From: Vicugna vicugna
Lineage: Eukaryota
Length of the DNA: 64,000 nt
Reading direction: 5' to 3'
NCBI GenBank assembly: GCA_013265495.1
Contig: MU058037.1
Span: 1,179,498-1,243,497, forward strand
In this document: positions 1-13,164 of the stretch, one piece after another
Layout of the letters: the number at the start of each line of letters is the position of its first letter
How positions within the stretch are numbered: position 1 is the first letter of the stretch
Notes under the pieces: model-generated
The model's input: the letters and a program-made list of their open reading frames with translations, nothing else
Told to the model about the DNA's origin: nothing
The model's database searches: none
Position numbers and translations under genes: made by a program

Positions 1-1943
1 AAATCACTTTCTAAAGGGCAATTCCGCTTTATGCAACAAAAATGAAACAGTGAATACTCTTTCAACACAACAATTTCATTTCTGGGAATTTACCCTAAGG
101 ATACATTTAGATAAGGCCATAAAGATGTGTAAACTTGGCTATTTATTATAGTGTTATTTATAATAGAAGATATCTACTGACATAACCAATGTCTATGAGG
201 AATGCATCGTTTGTTAGAGTAGGTGACAGAGTAGCATGCATAATCAGCTAATTTTTTAAAATATAGGGGCTTGCATACGAGATTATGCACATGTGCACAC
301 ACAGAAAAAAAAAACTGTTAAGATATATACCCAATTGCTTTATTAGCAGTTATTTCTAGAGGTGGATTTATGTACCACTTTCTTCTTATTTTTTGCATGC
401 TATTCTTGTTTTTTATTTTCATTTGGACATAAAATTTTTCACTTTTAAAAGTAGCAAGCAAAAAAAAAAAAAACCAAAAAAAACTTGTGCTGCTCTGAAT
501 AATTTACTCTTATTTTTATGAATTTTAGCCCATATACAGAATCTTCCTCAAACAAAGTTCATCGATACTGATTGTAGTTTTTACATTAAGACATTTTCAG
601 AAAGTTCTTTAAATTACTATAACTGCTTCATGCAGTTATATATAAAGATAGAAATCTTTGGGCTATAACTAATATAAAAGGATCACCTACCTGGAAAGCT
701 TGACTTTTTCTTATCCTTCAGCGGTATTTCGGCTTGTGTGACTGTGTGTGTGTGTGAGTGTGCATGCACCATGTCTCTGTCTAGGAAGAAAAGAGCTAGA
801 GAAGGGAAAAAGGAAATATGCAAGAATGGTAGGTAAAGGACCAACACAAGATGGTCCTACAGGGAAATAAATCTTAGTAAATTCTTTCCTTAAGGTCCTA
901 TTTACAGTTTTGCAGTACAGAAACCTCACCTGTGGGGTTATGGACAAACCCTGACATTCTTGTGAATTCTCATTTATAACTTATGAAGACTAAGTTTGAG
1001 CCTCCTACTAGAAAATCTAAGTCCATATGATTGACAGCCAGTTGTGAAATTTAAGCACATTTTTCCCTTACAGTTGACAATAGGTATTTTGCCAGTGGTT
1101 TCAGTTGTTATACATATATAAATTGATACATATTTAACTTTCATACACTTAAAGTCTTGGGGAAAAGGATATGGGGAAGAAACAAAAATAATGATTCTCA
1201 AAAATTCTTTGCAGATGTGTTACTGAATGCAAGTTACATGGCACAATTCACAGCTACCAGAAAGAGGACAAAAAAAAATACTATTTTTGCCTTCTCAAAA
1301 CAATACCTTACCTGGCCTTGAAATCTCCCTACTTCCAACCCGAAGTGGTTTTCTACAGCAGCTCAGCATAAAAAAATAGATCAATTGTGAGTAGAAGATC
1401 CTCTGGCAAAAGACATTCCCAGCTTTTGAAAAGTGTGTGTGCACGCATGCATATGTGAGTATGTGTGTGTGAGCTTGTCGTTGCTAGAGAGGCCACACGA
1501 GAAAGGACAGTCTCCCCAGAGCCAACTTAGAAGTTAAGAGGAACAATATGACAAACACAAGGTCATCCAGAGTTCTCAAAAGTAATGTCAAAAGACAATG
1601 AAGTGTAAAGTACATTTTGTGAACTATGAAAATCCAGTACACAATCAGCAAGTGATGAAGTTTGTTCTGAACACAACAGACAAATAAGTATACTGATATA
1701 ACATGACTTTCATTAACTATCCCTTTGCTCCTAACCTCAGTCAAATGCTATTTATCCTTCAGTAGCAGAACTTACTATTATCAAACTTGAACATAACGAG
1801 CTACACTAGGCTTGCATTGAAATCTGGGAGACTGGAATTCCACAATTTTCCTTTCAATCTTCCACTTTAAAAAATCTTAGAAATGAATTTAGTATAGTTA
1901 AAAAGTGAGCAGTCATGCTTCAAACCCAAAACTATGTTTTTCA

Positions 1944-2162
<219 letters not shown>

Positions 2163-4751
2163 TTAAAAAGAAAATCATAGGATTAATGACAAGCACTGAA
2201 TATTGTGTACTGGCCTTGTCCAAATTAAACAACAATTTCATATCAACCAGTTCCCAAGTCTTGGCTTTTACATTTCCCCTCAAATGACTCCCTAAGTCAA
2301 CCTGACTACATTCAATTATTATATTCAGAGTGAGCAGATAAAAGTTTGGTGGTATTATTGTTTCTGGCTTCTGCAAGACTGCTCCTAACATCTGTGGGGC
2401 CCGGGACAGGAATACAAATGGAGTGTATGTTAGATTGTTTGCAAGGATGCGTGTGACATTTCCTTCCATCCTCTCGTCCTTCTGCAAGGTGACTTTGCCC
2501 CTCTTCCCACCAAGCAGAAGGATCTATTTCTCCTGCCTTGAATCTGGGCTGGCCTTGGGACTTGATGTGGCCAAGAGAGTGTGGCAGAGAAACTTTTCAT
2601 GAGTTTCGAAGCCAGGCCTTAAGAAGCCTTTCACTTTCCATGTTAACTCCCTTTGAATGGAGCCCCAAGGGCATCCTTTAAAGAAGCCTCCTGGAGGAGG
2701 TGAGGCCACATAAAGAACCAAGCCACCATCAACTACCAGACACATGACTGAGACAATCATGGACATTCCAGGTCATGATCCAGCTAAATGCAGCTGTAAG
2801 AACCCAGGCAATCTCAGCAGAAGAACCCTCACCAAACTCAAGGCATCAAGAGAAACATTAAATCACTCTCGTTTCAGGTCTCTAAGGTTTGGGGTGGTTG
2901 GTCCACAACAAAGGTTGACACAGAGGCCCACATGTCATTTCTAAGTATTGAACCGATCTATCTACAACATACCTTCATAAAGACCTCCAGAGCCAGGTCT
3001 GAATTCTTGAGGCCCTTGACATACAGTGCAGCTCATGGAGGAATGACTCCCTGGAAGGGACCCAAACAGGCCCTGAAAGGAGGCTTGGGGCCATGCGGCA
3101 GGGTATGTCACGTTGTAGAAGGAAAGGGCTGCTGCCCTGGCCTCACAGACTCCTCGACCGGGGAGAGGTATGGCCAGAGCAGGGCAAAGTGGAACATTCT
3201 AAATGAAGGGCCCAGGTCTAGGGGCAGAACTGAGTATTTGTGTAACCTAACAGAAAAACACAAGAGACTGATCTACCATTCTTTCCTCTTAAGCCCACAA
3301 CTGATTACATATGTAAGACAGTCAATTCGTAGGAAGTTTGTGCATACTTAAATATATACCCATGAGCTTTAGAAAAAGTCTTTCATTACTAAATAAGACC
3401 CCAAAATTCCTCATAAAGCACAAAGATATGCACCAAATGATTTTTTTTTAAAGGCAGCCAATATTTTAATGGCATTAGAAAGATGACATCCTGGGTAATT
3501 TTCATACTCTAATGCCAGAATACATTTGTTTGAAGTAATGAAAACCCAATGAGTTTTCAGCTAAATATGAATGATTTGCCAAAAAAGTATAATCTGCATA
3601 AATTTAGATACACATATTACAATTCGGTTATATGTGTGATTCCTCCAGGTTTAAGAGTAAGGCTACATAGTTTTCTAGCCTAGTCTTTCTATGAAAATTT
3701 CAAACAGCTTTTTGTCTTTGATGAAGTGAATAGTACAGACGTCCTAATCTCTACAGAACTTCAAAATCCCCACCATTCCCAATCCTTCCCCACCTCACCC
3801 CAAAAAAACAAAAATTGGTTTGGAATCTAAGTTTGATAAATTTAAAACTGTCTTAATATTTCCATCTTTCACAATTAATTCAACTGTCTCCGATTTTTAC
3901 TTACTGCTACAATTTTATCATTACTATTTAATAAGCAAACATGCTAGAATACATAAAATCTTCATTTCAGTTTGTATTTGTAGTTACTCTGGCTCTGCAA
4001 CCACAGAATGAATCTGCTATGTGACACCTCAGGGACATGGATCAGACATGCTGCGATCCCACACAATATTTAGAGTCACACAGAGGCGCCCTCCCACACA
4101 TTTTTATTCACATAAGGACACTGTTTTCTGGCCACCTTCCCAAACTTCCCCCTGCCCCCAACCTTCCAATGTAACCTCTCCATCTTCTCAGTGTTCTTGC
4201 AGGTACCTAAGCTGCAAGATCAGCTCTGACCTCAACCCTGATACAAAGTGGGAGAATACATCACTCACAGTGAATTTGGAGCTGAGCCCACTAAGTGGAA
4301 AAACTCTAGCTTCAGCCTCTAAATTCATCACTCACAATCCACAGCTGGGCACAAGGCTACACTTTCTGCAAGGGAACTGTGAATTCTAATTGCAAGGGAC
4401 CATAGTTGTCAAGACCCCAAAACTCCTTTACCCCCATTCAGCTCCATGGAGAAAAAAAACCCCAGAGAGTCTTGTTTTAATAAAAGAAATATGACGATGA
4501 AGGAAGTCTGTGAAAAGCCAGACTGTGTATTTCCTCAAGTCATTGTATGTAAGGTAAATTGCTATGCAGTCTCCAACTAGGTTTATGCAGTACAGGCGGA
4601 GGCATTGCCCCATATACCAGCCTGACTTCTTAAGTTTAATCAGGGCTCAGGGAGAGGGTGGTGGTGGTAACAATAAAAATTAGAAATATTGAGCGTTTCC
4701 TCTGTGCCAGGAACTATGCTAAGCCCTCTCCCGGCAGTACAGACTTATCAC

Positions 4752-4945
4752 AGATTCTGGAGCCAGACCACCTGGGTTTGAATGTCAACAACACCCTACA
4801 ATAACCCTGTAACCTTAGGTAGGTTACTTGGCCTCTCAGTTTCCTCATCTGTAAAATGTGGATAATATTAGCACCACACAGGATCTTCTTGAAAATTAAA
4901 TGAATAAATATGTGTAAAGTGCTTCCAACTGCGTCAGGTACATTG
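4752..4945 (+). mobile_element. MIR SINE
   Basis: Core CTCAGTTTCCTCATCTGTAAAATG..GATAATA and TGTAAAGTGCTT. Confidence 0.8.
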
Positions 4946-4954
4946 CCAAATAAA

Positions 4955-5144
4955 TACGGTTGCCAGATAAAATATAGAATGCCTAGTGAAATTTGCATTT
5001 CAGATAAATGACTACTTTTATGGCATAAGTACTACCAAATATTGCATGGGACATGTTTATGAAAAAAATTGTTGCTGTATATCTGCAATTGAAATTTAAC
5101 TGAGCATCCTGAATGTATGCATGTAGCTAAATCTGGCAACCGTA
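4955..5144. mobile_element. MER53-like palindromic hAT MITE
   Basis: Perfect 14-bp TIR tacggttgccagat/atctggcaaccgta, internally palindromic, 8-bp TSD caaataaa/catataaa. Confidence 0.85.
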
Positions 5145-5889
5145 CATATAAATTTGCTATTATAATTCCACGCTTAATCTGAAACTCTTGAGGCCAGATG
5201 TTTCAGAGCTCATAGATTCTAGAAAAGCAATACAGTGCATATACTATAGATTATACAATACCTCCAGCAATGTCTGGAGCTGCACTCCTGAAGCAAGCAC
5301 ATTAATAACCACATAGGAAATAAATGCATATATAAAGTGGGATGAACAAAGCCTAAAACAGCCTAACATGAGTTAAGACCCCGTTTTGCCATCACAAGAA
5401 TTGAAGTTGGGTCCAATCTTGCCAAGTAAGAGTCACAATGCTCTCTGGGTTTAGGGTGAAGGATTGGGCATTGTGGACCTTGACTGCCAGTACTACCACC
5501 ATCACTATTTTTTTCTATTCTCACAACCAGTAAGACAAGTAAAAACGGTTACTTCCACTTTACAGACGGTCAAACTGAGACTTAGGATGCTTTATGGATT
5601 TAGCCTAGGATATGTGGCTTGTAAGAGGCCAGCTCACGCTTCCAACCCAAGTCAGCCTGTCTGCTCCTATCCACTATCATTAGCATGCCCTTGTTTCCTT
5701 GTTTGTTTGTTTTCTTTCTCCACCTTTTATTCTGAAAGAAGGACTAGGATAGATGGAAACAAGAGACAAGGAAGAAAGAGTTAAAGGCATGAGGCACCTC
5801 AGAAAAGATTGGCACCTGCTCAGAAAGGACTGGTAACTGGTCAGAAAAGATTCAGAACATACCTCTCCCGGAATTCATCCTGAAGAGAC

Positions 5890-6090
5890 GCACCGCGGCG
5901 CCTAAGCACACAGCCGCCGCGCACCAAGCACACGGCGCGAGGCACCGCGCTCGCACGCAGCGCAACGCCCACGCACACGCACGCACCGCAACGCCCACGC
6001 GGCGCACCGCCCACGCACGTGCACGCACGCAGCGCAACGCCCACGCACGCACCACCCACGCACACGCACAGCGAGCCTCACGCTGCACCA
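5890..6090. repeat. CpG-rich degenerate (GCAC/CGCA)n low-complexity repeat in PHEX intron 2
   Basis: Nearly T-free + strand; the 24-mer gcacgcagcgcaacgcccacgcac is repeated at 5953-5976 and 6025-6048. Confidence 0.85.
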
Positions 6091-6769
6091 AAGACGACTA
6101 GCCCTGGCGAGCCATTCGCTACAGAAACAGCAAAAGTATCCTTTTCAATATTAGAAAGCCATTCACCAAGGTGAAAATTAAAAACAGGACAGCAAGGCAA
6201 AAAGCTAGCTGGCAGGAGGCAACATTATCAGTGTCATTCTTTAAATTTTACTCAGCGTTATTATGATTCTAATAAAAACACAAAACTCATGAAATGCATG
6301 GCTCTGTGTAAAAAAAGTTGACTCAAGGCAAATTGAAAATTTGAGCTCAAAAATTTCAGTTTCACACATCTGCAAGAAGCATTCCACAACAAAAGCACAA
6401 GGTGCTATCACCTCTAAGACCTGTCCTCTGATAGTCCCACACCCGACTCCACATCACCCTCGCTCCGCTGGAGAAAACCCTAGGGCAGCTAGCTGCTCAA
6501 GCTGGGAAAAGCAAAGGGCCTGGGAATTCCCACATCTTTCTCACCTTTTCACGGACAAGATCAAAAAGCTGAAATGGCTGTCTAGTCACTAGACTAGTAG
6601 CTCTAATACTATGAAAAAGCAAGACAGGACCAGGGTCAAAGAGAGTCACCTGGCATGGCCTCTAGCACCAAGGCACAGCTGGAGAGGAGCCAGACGGGAA
6701 CTTGAAGCCCAGCCCGCCATTAATTCAAGCTATGACCCTGGGCAGCTTTTAGCTTCTAAATCTAAGCGT

Positions 6770-7485
6770 CACCTTTTCTCACAGCCCACATCCAACCCTT
6801 CAGGAAGCTTTCTATCTCCTACTAAACCCTCCAGTCTCGCTTCCCATCTCTTGAATTCAAACCACTATCACCTCTCACCTAGCTTACGGAAGTGACCACC
6901 TGCCTGAGCGACCTTCTTCCATTCTTGCTCCCTGTGGTCGGTCTTCCACCCAGAAAGACTCCACTGAGTCTGGCTATCCATAGAGATCTTTTTAAATGCT
7001 AATAAGATAATGCCTCTGAAAACCCTCCAGGGTCTTCTGAACACACTTAGGAAAGCCTCAAACTCCCTGGCACCTGGGTTCCCCACTGTTCCTCATCACC
7101 TGCACTCTGCCCCTTACCCAGATGCTCTTCCTACTCAAGTCCACCAAGCTCTTTCCTCTACCGGGTTCTTCCCCCATCCCCCTACCCTAGAAAGCCTTTT
7201 CCTCCATCTTCACACAGCACTCCCCTGTCATTATTCAAGGGCCACTTCAACATCATTATTTTTTTAGACTTTTCAATCTAGCCATCCTACCACTTGCCCC
7301 CACATTATTCTATTTTAATAATTTTCTGTCTAACATGTACTATCAGCTAATATTTTTCTTGTGCATTAATTGCCTTGTGTGTTTGTCTCTTTCTTCCCTT
7401 ACCTGACCATTCTGTCTCACTGCTGAATTTCTAAAACTTAACTCGGTGTCTGGAGTGCAATAAATATTTGGTGAATTAATTCATT
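6770..7485 (+). mobile_element. L2 remnant
   Basis: Pyrimidine-rich L2-like body ending CAATAAATATTTGGTGAATTAAT. Confidence 0.6.
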
Positions 7486-8206
7486 AATCTCTTCTGTTAA
7501 AGCCAAGACGAAAGTGAGAGGGCCGTGTGCTTAACTTATCCTATCACTTTCCCTTTGGAAAACACGCTAGAGTCCCTGGCCACTTTGAAAATGGGGTTGG
7601 GGCTGGAATCCAGGTCTTGCAACTCTACGCCCTAACCCTGGTTTATGGAGGGTATCTAATAGAGGTGGTAAAACTGAGGCAACTTTAACCACTCATCTTC
7701 ACTTTGGGGTACCCACTGATACACAGCCTATCACTTCAGGAAAAATTTAACTTGTAATGTGTAATGAAAGACCCAAAGGGATTCCAGGTGACAGTGAAAG
7801 GGTGGATTTACAGAGGGTCCCTGCTTAGATGCAAGCAAGTCAGACCCACTGATACAGAAATACTGCTTAAGATAAATAGGAATCTATATCCAGCTAAAGT
7901 GATAGGAAGGTTGATGATCTCTGTCTTCAGGTCTCAAGAGAAGCCATTCAGCCTTCCAAGCCCCTTCCTGATTTCCTTCTAATGACTTGGAATGCTGCAC
8001 AGCTGTTTTATTGCAAGAAAAAAAAGAAAACTTACATTCCACGACTTCACACCAAGACTTGCAAGTAAACTTAAAATTTCATCAGAATTGCATTTCATAC
8101 TTGGTAAACCTCAAGCAAACAGAATACTAAAAATACCACCTGTTTTCTCTTCCATTCCCCAAGGTACTATAATTATAACTTGACACAGGATGGAAAACTG
8201 ACTTAC

Positions 8207-8275
8207 CAGCTTCAATGCATTCTGGCTTCAGGCAGTACTCCGGTTTAGCTTGGAGACTTAAGAAACCTTGACTCA
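8207..8275 (-). CDS. PHEX: PHEX coding exon 2
   Basis: tttttttttcag acceptor, 69 nt encoding (V)[28 protein letters not shown] donor; phase 1/1 is consistent with exons 1 and 3. Confidence 0.97.
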
Positions 8276-8524
8276 CTGAAAAAAAAACAGGCCAAAATAA
8301 AGAAATGACTGGCTCGCAGCAGACCACCAGCAGGTAACCCACTGTAGTCAGACACATATGCGACACATTTGATATCAGTTCATCCTTCTCAGTGTTCACA
8401 ACAGAATTCAAAAATCCAGTTGGCTCAGTATCACAGAACCAGACTCTGGTCACTAGCTAAATAACTTTGGTGAGACTCTCAGTTGTTTTCAAACTTAGTT
8501 CTCTCGACAAGTGGGCACAACTAG

Positions 8525-8728
8525 ACCAGTGCTTCTTAAGAGTGGGGTCGTCCCTGGGGCAGGGGCAGGGGCAGGGCAGCAGCAGCAGCAACATCACCTG
8601 GGAGCTAATTAGGAATGAGCCTTAACGCAGACCTGCTGAATCAGAAACTGTTTGGTGGGGCCCAGCCATCAGTGTTTTAACAAGCCCTCCAGGTCATTCT
8701 GATGCACTCAAGTTTGAGAACCACTGGG
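8525..8728. mobile_element. MER5A-like hAT-Charlie element
   Basis: CAGTG.TTCT...ATCACCTGGGAGCT...GAATCAGAAACT...TTTTAACAAGCCCTCCAGGT...TTTGAGAACCACTG; similar copies near 11300-11442, 18545-18730, 28733-28882, 37287-37603, 39038-39125 and 59003-59330. Confidence 0.8.
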
Positions 8729-9974
8729 CTAAATGATCCCTAATCTTTTCTATCTTTGATTATCTGTGGCTTAAGTCTCATAATTTCACTTTTTGTTTAT
8801 AACTACATTCTCATTTTAGTGATGGGAAAATTGACACAGACTATGTCATTTGGACCAAATATAGAGTTGAAGGTGAAAGCAAGCAGGTGTGGCATTTAAA
8901 GTTCTGCATCTTATTTAAACCATCTATACAGATGCGGCCCATAAAAGGGAGGGAGACTAAAAATATACTATATATAATTCTGTCATCTACCTGCCTCATA
9001 TCCCACACACCGTCCTCCCACCAAACCCCGTCTAGCTACCAGACAGATGCAGCTTTGTGGACCAAGCTTCCAACTACTTGCACCAAAACAAAACCAAACA
9101 AAAACCCTGCGAGATGGTGGCTCAATTTCCCCCCAATCTGGCTGGTAATATCATCTAAATGGATTTCTGCAGAAGTATAGAAGGGTGTCCTATTTGTAAA
9201 CTTCAGGTAGCACCTGGGTGTTAGCAGATGTGAGTTTAGATTTCAAAAGTATTTTTGGTAGCCAAGGAAATTGTGGAGATTCATTATTGCTGTACTCTGG
9301 GAGCAGAAATAAGGAATCATTTGGAGATGTGGCCATGGGGAGATGGATGGTGGTGGGTAAAGGGGGGGCCAAGGCCTTTCATGGTATCCTCAGCAGAGAA
9401 ACAGGATCAGAAAGCATGGTGGTACCTGTATTTCTGCTGGAGATGGAAGACCTGTACATCACTTCCCAGTGTGGCAATTTGTATTATTTATTAACCCACA
9501 TTCTAAGAGGAGCCTGCTTTTCCTTTGTTCTTTTCTCTGTTGCCATCCTCCAAACAGCCTTTTTACCTGTGTTACATTAGAGATTCAAGAAAACTGCCTA
9601 TAGAACATCTCAGGCCTGTTTTTGAGAAAAGAAGTATCTTAGCGTAAAGTTACATTTTGATTTCTTTAGAAAGCAAAAAAATTAAGAAGGTGAAAAAATA
9701 TATGTGCAGCATAAAGATTAGTAGGGAATACTTCAATATGCCTTGGCCGTGGAGCCATGGGGTAAATTTTCCCTTCAGTCTCCTTCTATATGTTTACCAA
9801 ATGTTCTTTAATGAGCATGTGGGGGTTTTTTCATAATGAGAAAACAAACTTTACTGTAAATAATAATAGTTTTAAGATTCTGGACAATACCTTCTTGATA
9901 GTAGCCTTATTCTATTTTAGAAAAAAGATAATGAAATGGTTAATCTAAATTTATTCCTTTCAAGATCAAAACTT

Positions 9975-10235
9975 CCAGTTATAAAATAAAGAGGTCATGT
10001 GGATATAATGTACAGCATGGTGACTATGGTTAATAATACTGTATTATATATTTGGAAGTTGATAAGACAGTAGATCTTAAATGTTCTTATCACAAGAAAA
10101 AAATATGTATGTGTGGTGATGGATGTTAACTTGACTTATGGTGATCTTTTCACAATATATACAAATATCGAATCATTATGTTGTATATCTGAAACCAATA
10201 TAATAATGTTATATATAAGTTATATCTCATTTTTA
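9975..10235 (+). mobile_element. L1 3'UTR remnant (L1MA/L1MB-like)
   Basis: ATGTACAGCATGGTGACTATGGTTAATAATACTGTATT...GTAGATCTTAAATGTTCTTATCAC motif typical of L1M 3' ends. Confidence 0.75.
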
Positions 10236-13046
10236 AAAGTTTTAAAGATTTATTTCATGGAAAATAATTATTGACCCAAAACCTCTAGTGAAGCAGAACT
10301 AAAATATCTTTACCTGATGATGAGTTAAAGGAAAGTTTAAGCTAAATTTATTGAGACACAGACAAACCCAATCCCTCAAGGAAGAGCATTATATCCAGGA
10401 GTAATTATCTTAAGATCCTGCAAATGAAGAAGGGTCAACAAGCCCAGATAATGTGAAGGTTTAAGTCAATGAAACAGTGACAACAAAGAAAACATTTTTA
10501 ATATAAAAATGAAAATATCACTATTGACTGGTTAGGAACTTTAAAAAAACTTAAAGAGCAGTTTGGTTTCTTATTTTGGATTGCTCTATAACCAGCAGAA
10601 ATGACCTCCGAATGCAGTGCGGTCGTCTATAGGTGGAGAGCATGGGAATGACCGTAAGAATGTTTCAAGACATGTGAAAATGATCTGAAATCTACATTTC
10701 AATATCCAGAAATCCAAGTGTACCAGAATACAGCCAAGCCTATTTGTGTATCTATTGTCTGCGGTTGCTTTTGTGCTATAACACAGTCGAGTAGCCACAA
10801 CAGAGACAATATGGCCCAGAAAGCCAAAAATAATTGTACATGTGAAATTTATATAATGTTATACACCAATTACTGTAAAAACACTGAAGTTTAAAAACAG
10901 AGATTACTCCAGAGCCTGAAATACAAAAAAGTGGTAGGAAGGAATGCTAGAAATTACAATCATGTGGCTGAACTTGCATAGGCAGAAAAATACACCAGAA
11001 GTTTACCTGGAAGCTCTTGGAAGAGAAGAGGACCTTAACCAGAATATTGTCATAAAGAGCACTGCCTGGCAGGTCTCAGGAGACTTGCAGACAAGGACTT
11101 TGCTAGGTGCACAGTGGAGGTGGGCAGCAGAGCCTGTGGGACTGGGCACAGTGAAAAGGGGTGGAGGGAAGGGAGGGAGTCAGAAATAGTGCAGAGACAT
11201 TTGCCAAAAATATCATTTATTTTTTAATTTGAGAGTGTGCATTTATTTTAAAGCAAATGTCTCTGAATGTATACATCCAAATGGACGGGGTCCCCTGAAG
11301 CAGTGCTTCTCAAACTTTAATTTGCAAATGAATCACCTGTGGATCTTGTGACAATGCAGATTCTGAATTGGTAGGTCTTGGGTGGAGCTCAGGCTCCCAA
11401 GTGATGGTGATGCTGCTGGTCTGTGGACCACACTTTGAGTCGCAAAGGCAGAGAGAGGCCACATCCTTATTGTCTAGTACTGTTAGAGCTCCTCTTAAAG
11501 ATGTGAGGTGAGAGTCAAGTTACTGGGCACACTGGAAAGTTACTTTTTCAATTTTATGCGGCCTCCTTATCCGTATTGCCTGACTTGATGAATTTTACTG
11601 TGCTCTAAAACCTTTAGAGCTGATCCCAAAGAATCATCTTCTCTCAAACAAAGATTTGCTGTCCTCAAGAATATTCTGCCTAGTATCCTACAGCCTCGGA
11701 ATGTAATCATAACAGTGAGTTTTGAAAAAGTTTCAAGCAGCAGTAACATCATTAAAAAGAGCACATATTTTTACATCAACAATAATCATTTGGATTTTTA
11801 AGTTTGGAAGTATTTGCAGAACACAAGTAGTCTAACTTTGTAGTCACTTCTCACATAGTACGTAGTCCGTTGGCATGCCCATAGTATTTTTCCTCCAGTT
11901 TTGAATTTCAGGATAAGACACTCCCTTAAACCCAAAGTGCCAAGAAATCTCACAACAGTTTTTGAGAGCCTCAAATCCAGTTGCAGGAGTAGGAGGTTTA
12001 GCTGTACCAGAAAGCAAGAAACCCACCTAATTTCCTAAATCTTCAGCCACAGAAAACATGGAAAGATGGTTTGCTCGTTTTAGTAGAGTTTTTCAACCAC
12101 ACAGCCCGAACTCTTTGAAAGTTTAATTACTGGTTTTTCCCTGCCAAGATAAACATAGACTCCTGCGTCCTGTATATGCCAAGGTATGTTTCCAGGCTTG
12201 CTGCATTTCAAACTGCACCAAGAATCTCCTAAGTACAGGGCTTGGTCCTATATAACTTTCAAGCTAATGAAATAGTATGGGCTGGATGAGAAAAATAAAG
12301 GAGAATAGTCAAGGGTTCAAAATGCCCAAAATTTTAGAGCATCCCTCTCCCCTTTCTAAGACACTTCATTCTTCTCATAAGAATATGCTTTTATCATCAT
12401 ATATACTCCCTAGGTACTTCATTAAAATAAGTGAATCACAATACCTTTCAAATCTTGGGAGGAAAACCTCTGTTTTCCTTCATAATAATTTTTAAATCTA
12501 ATAGAAAGGCAGAGTTAAATTTTTATTCCACCAGACTCACTGGATTAGAAATGAATTGAATATCATTAAAGGTGCATTTTTAAAGACTTTGTGTTTTGTG
12601 AGTTAAATTTCATGATTGACTCAGGCAAACATTGACAGAAATCAAACGGAAAGAAATTCCAACATGGTTTGATCACGATATAAAGTCTTTCCTCACTAAA
12701 TAAATGAAAGTATCTGACTATGAAATCATAAATAGTCATTTTGCTAAATGTAATGCATAAAAAACATGTTTGCCCAGTGCCACCAGATCCTCCAGCCACT
12801 CAAAGCCACTTTATACCCACTTCACATCCTGGACTATGCATTTGGTACTTGGGTGTATTTCTTCATTTACCCTCCTAAAGAAACAGCTTCTTTTCATTTG
12901 CATACTCAAGAGAAACTAAGGATGCACCACCTACTAACACAAGCAAACAGCCCTCCACCTGCATCCTGACAAGGTCTGCCAGAATAAAGCACAAGGAAAC
13001 GTCACTGCACTCACCCAGTTCCCTGGCCTCCAGCGCCCCCACTTAC

Positions 13047-13164
13047 CCAGAAAGAGGACCGTGCCCAGCACCAGAGTGCCACCAACGAACACGACCAGGG
13101 CGATTTGAGTACCTCTGTTGGCCGTCTTTCCACTCTCCATGCTGCTCCCCGTTTCTGCCTCCAT
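13047..13164 (-). CDS. PHEX: PHEX coding exon 1 (cytoplasmic tail and transmembrane anchor of the M13-family endopeptidase)
   Basis: ATG at 13164; translates [39 protein letters not shown]; 118 nt ending at a G|GTAAGT donor (13046-13041); matches the known PHEX N-terminus. Confidence 0.97.

Noticed and set aside
1312..1352. Possible 41-nt cryptic exon in PHEX intron 3 (ctgtag ... CAG|GTAAGG, minus strand)
   Set aside because: Good donor but interrupted polypyrimidine tract; no further support
5841..6091. Cys/Val/Ala/Arg-rich ORFs of 74-79 aa
   Set aside because: They are translations of the low-complexity repeat, with GTG/TTG starts and no recognisable domain
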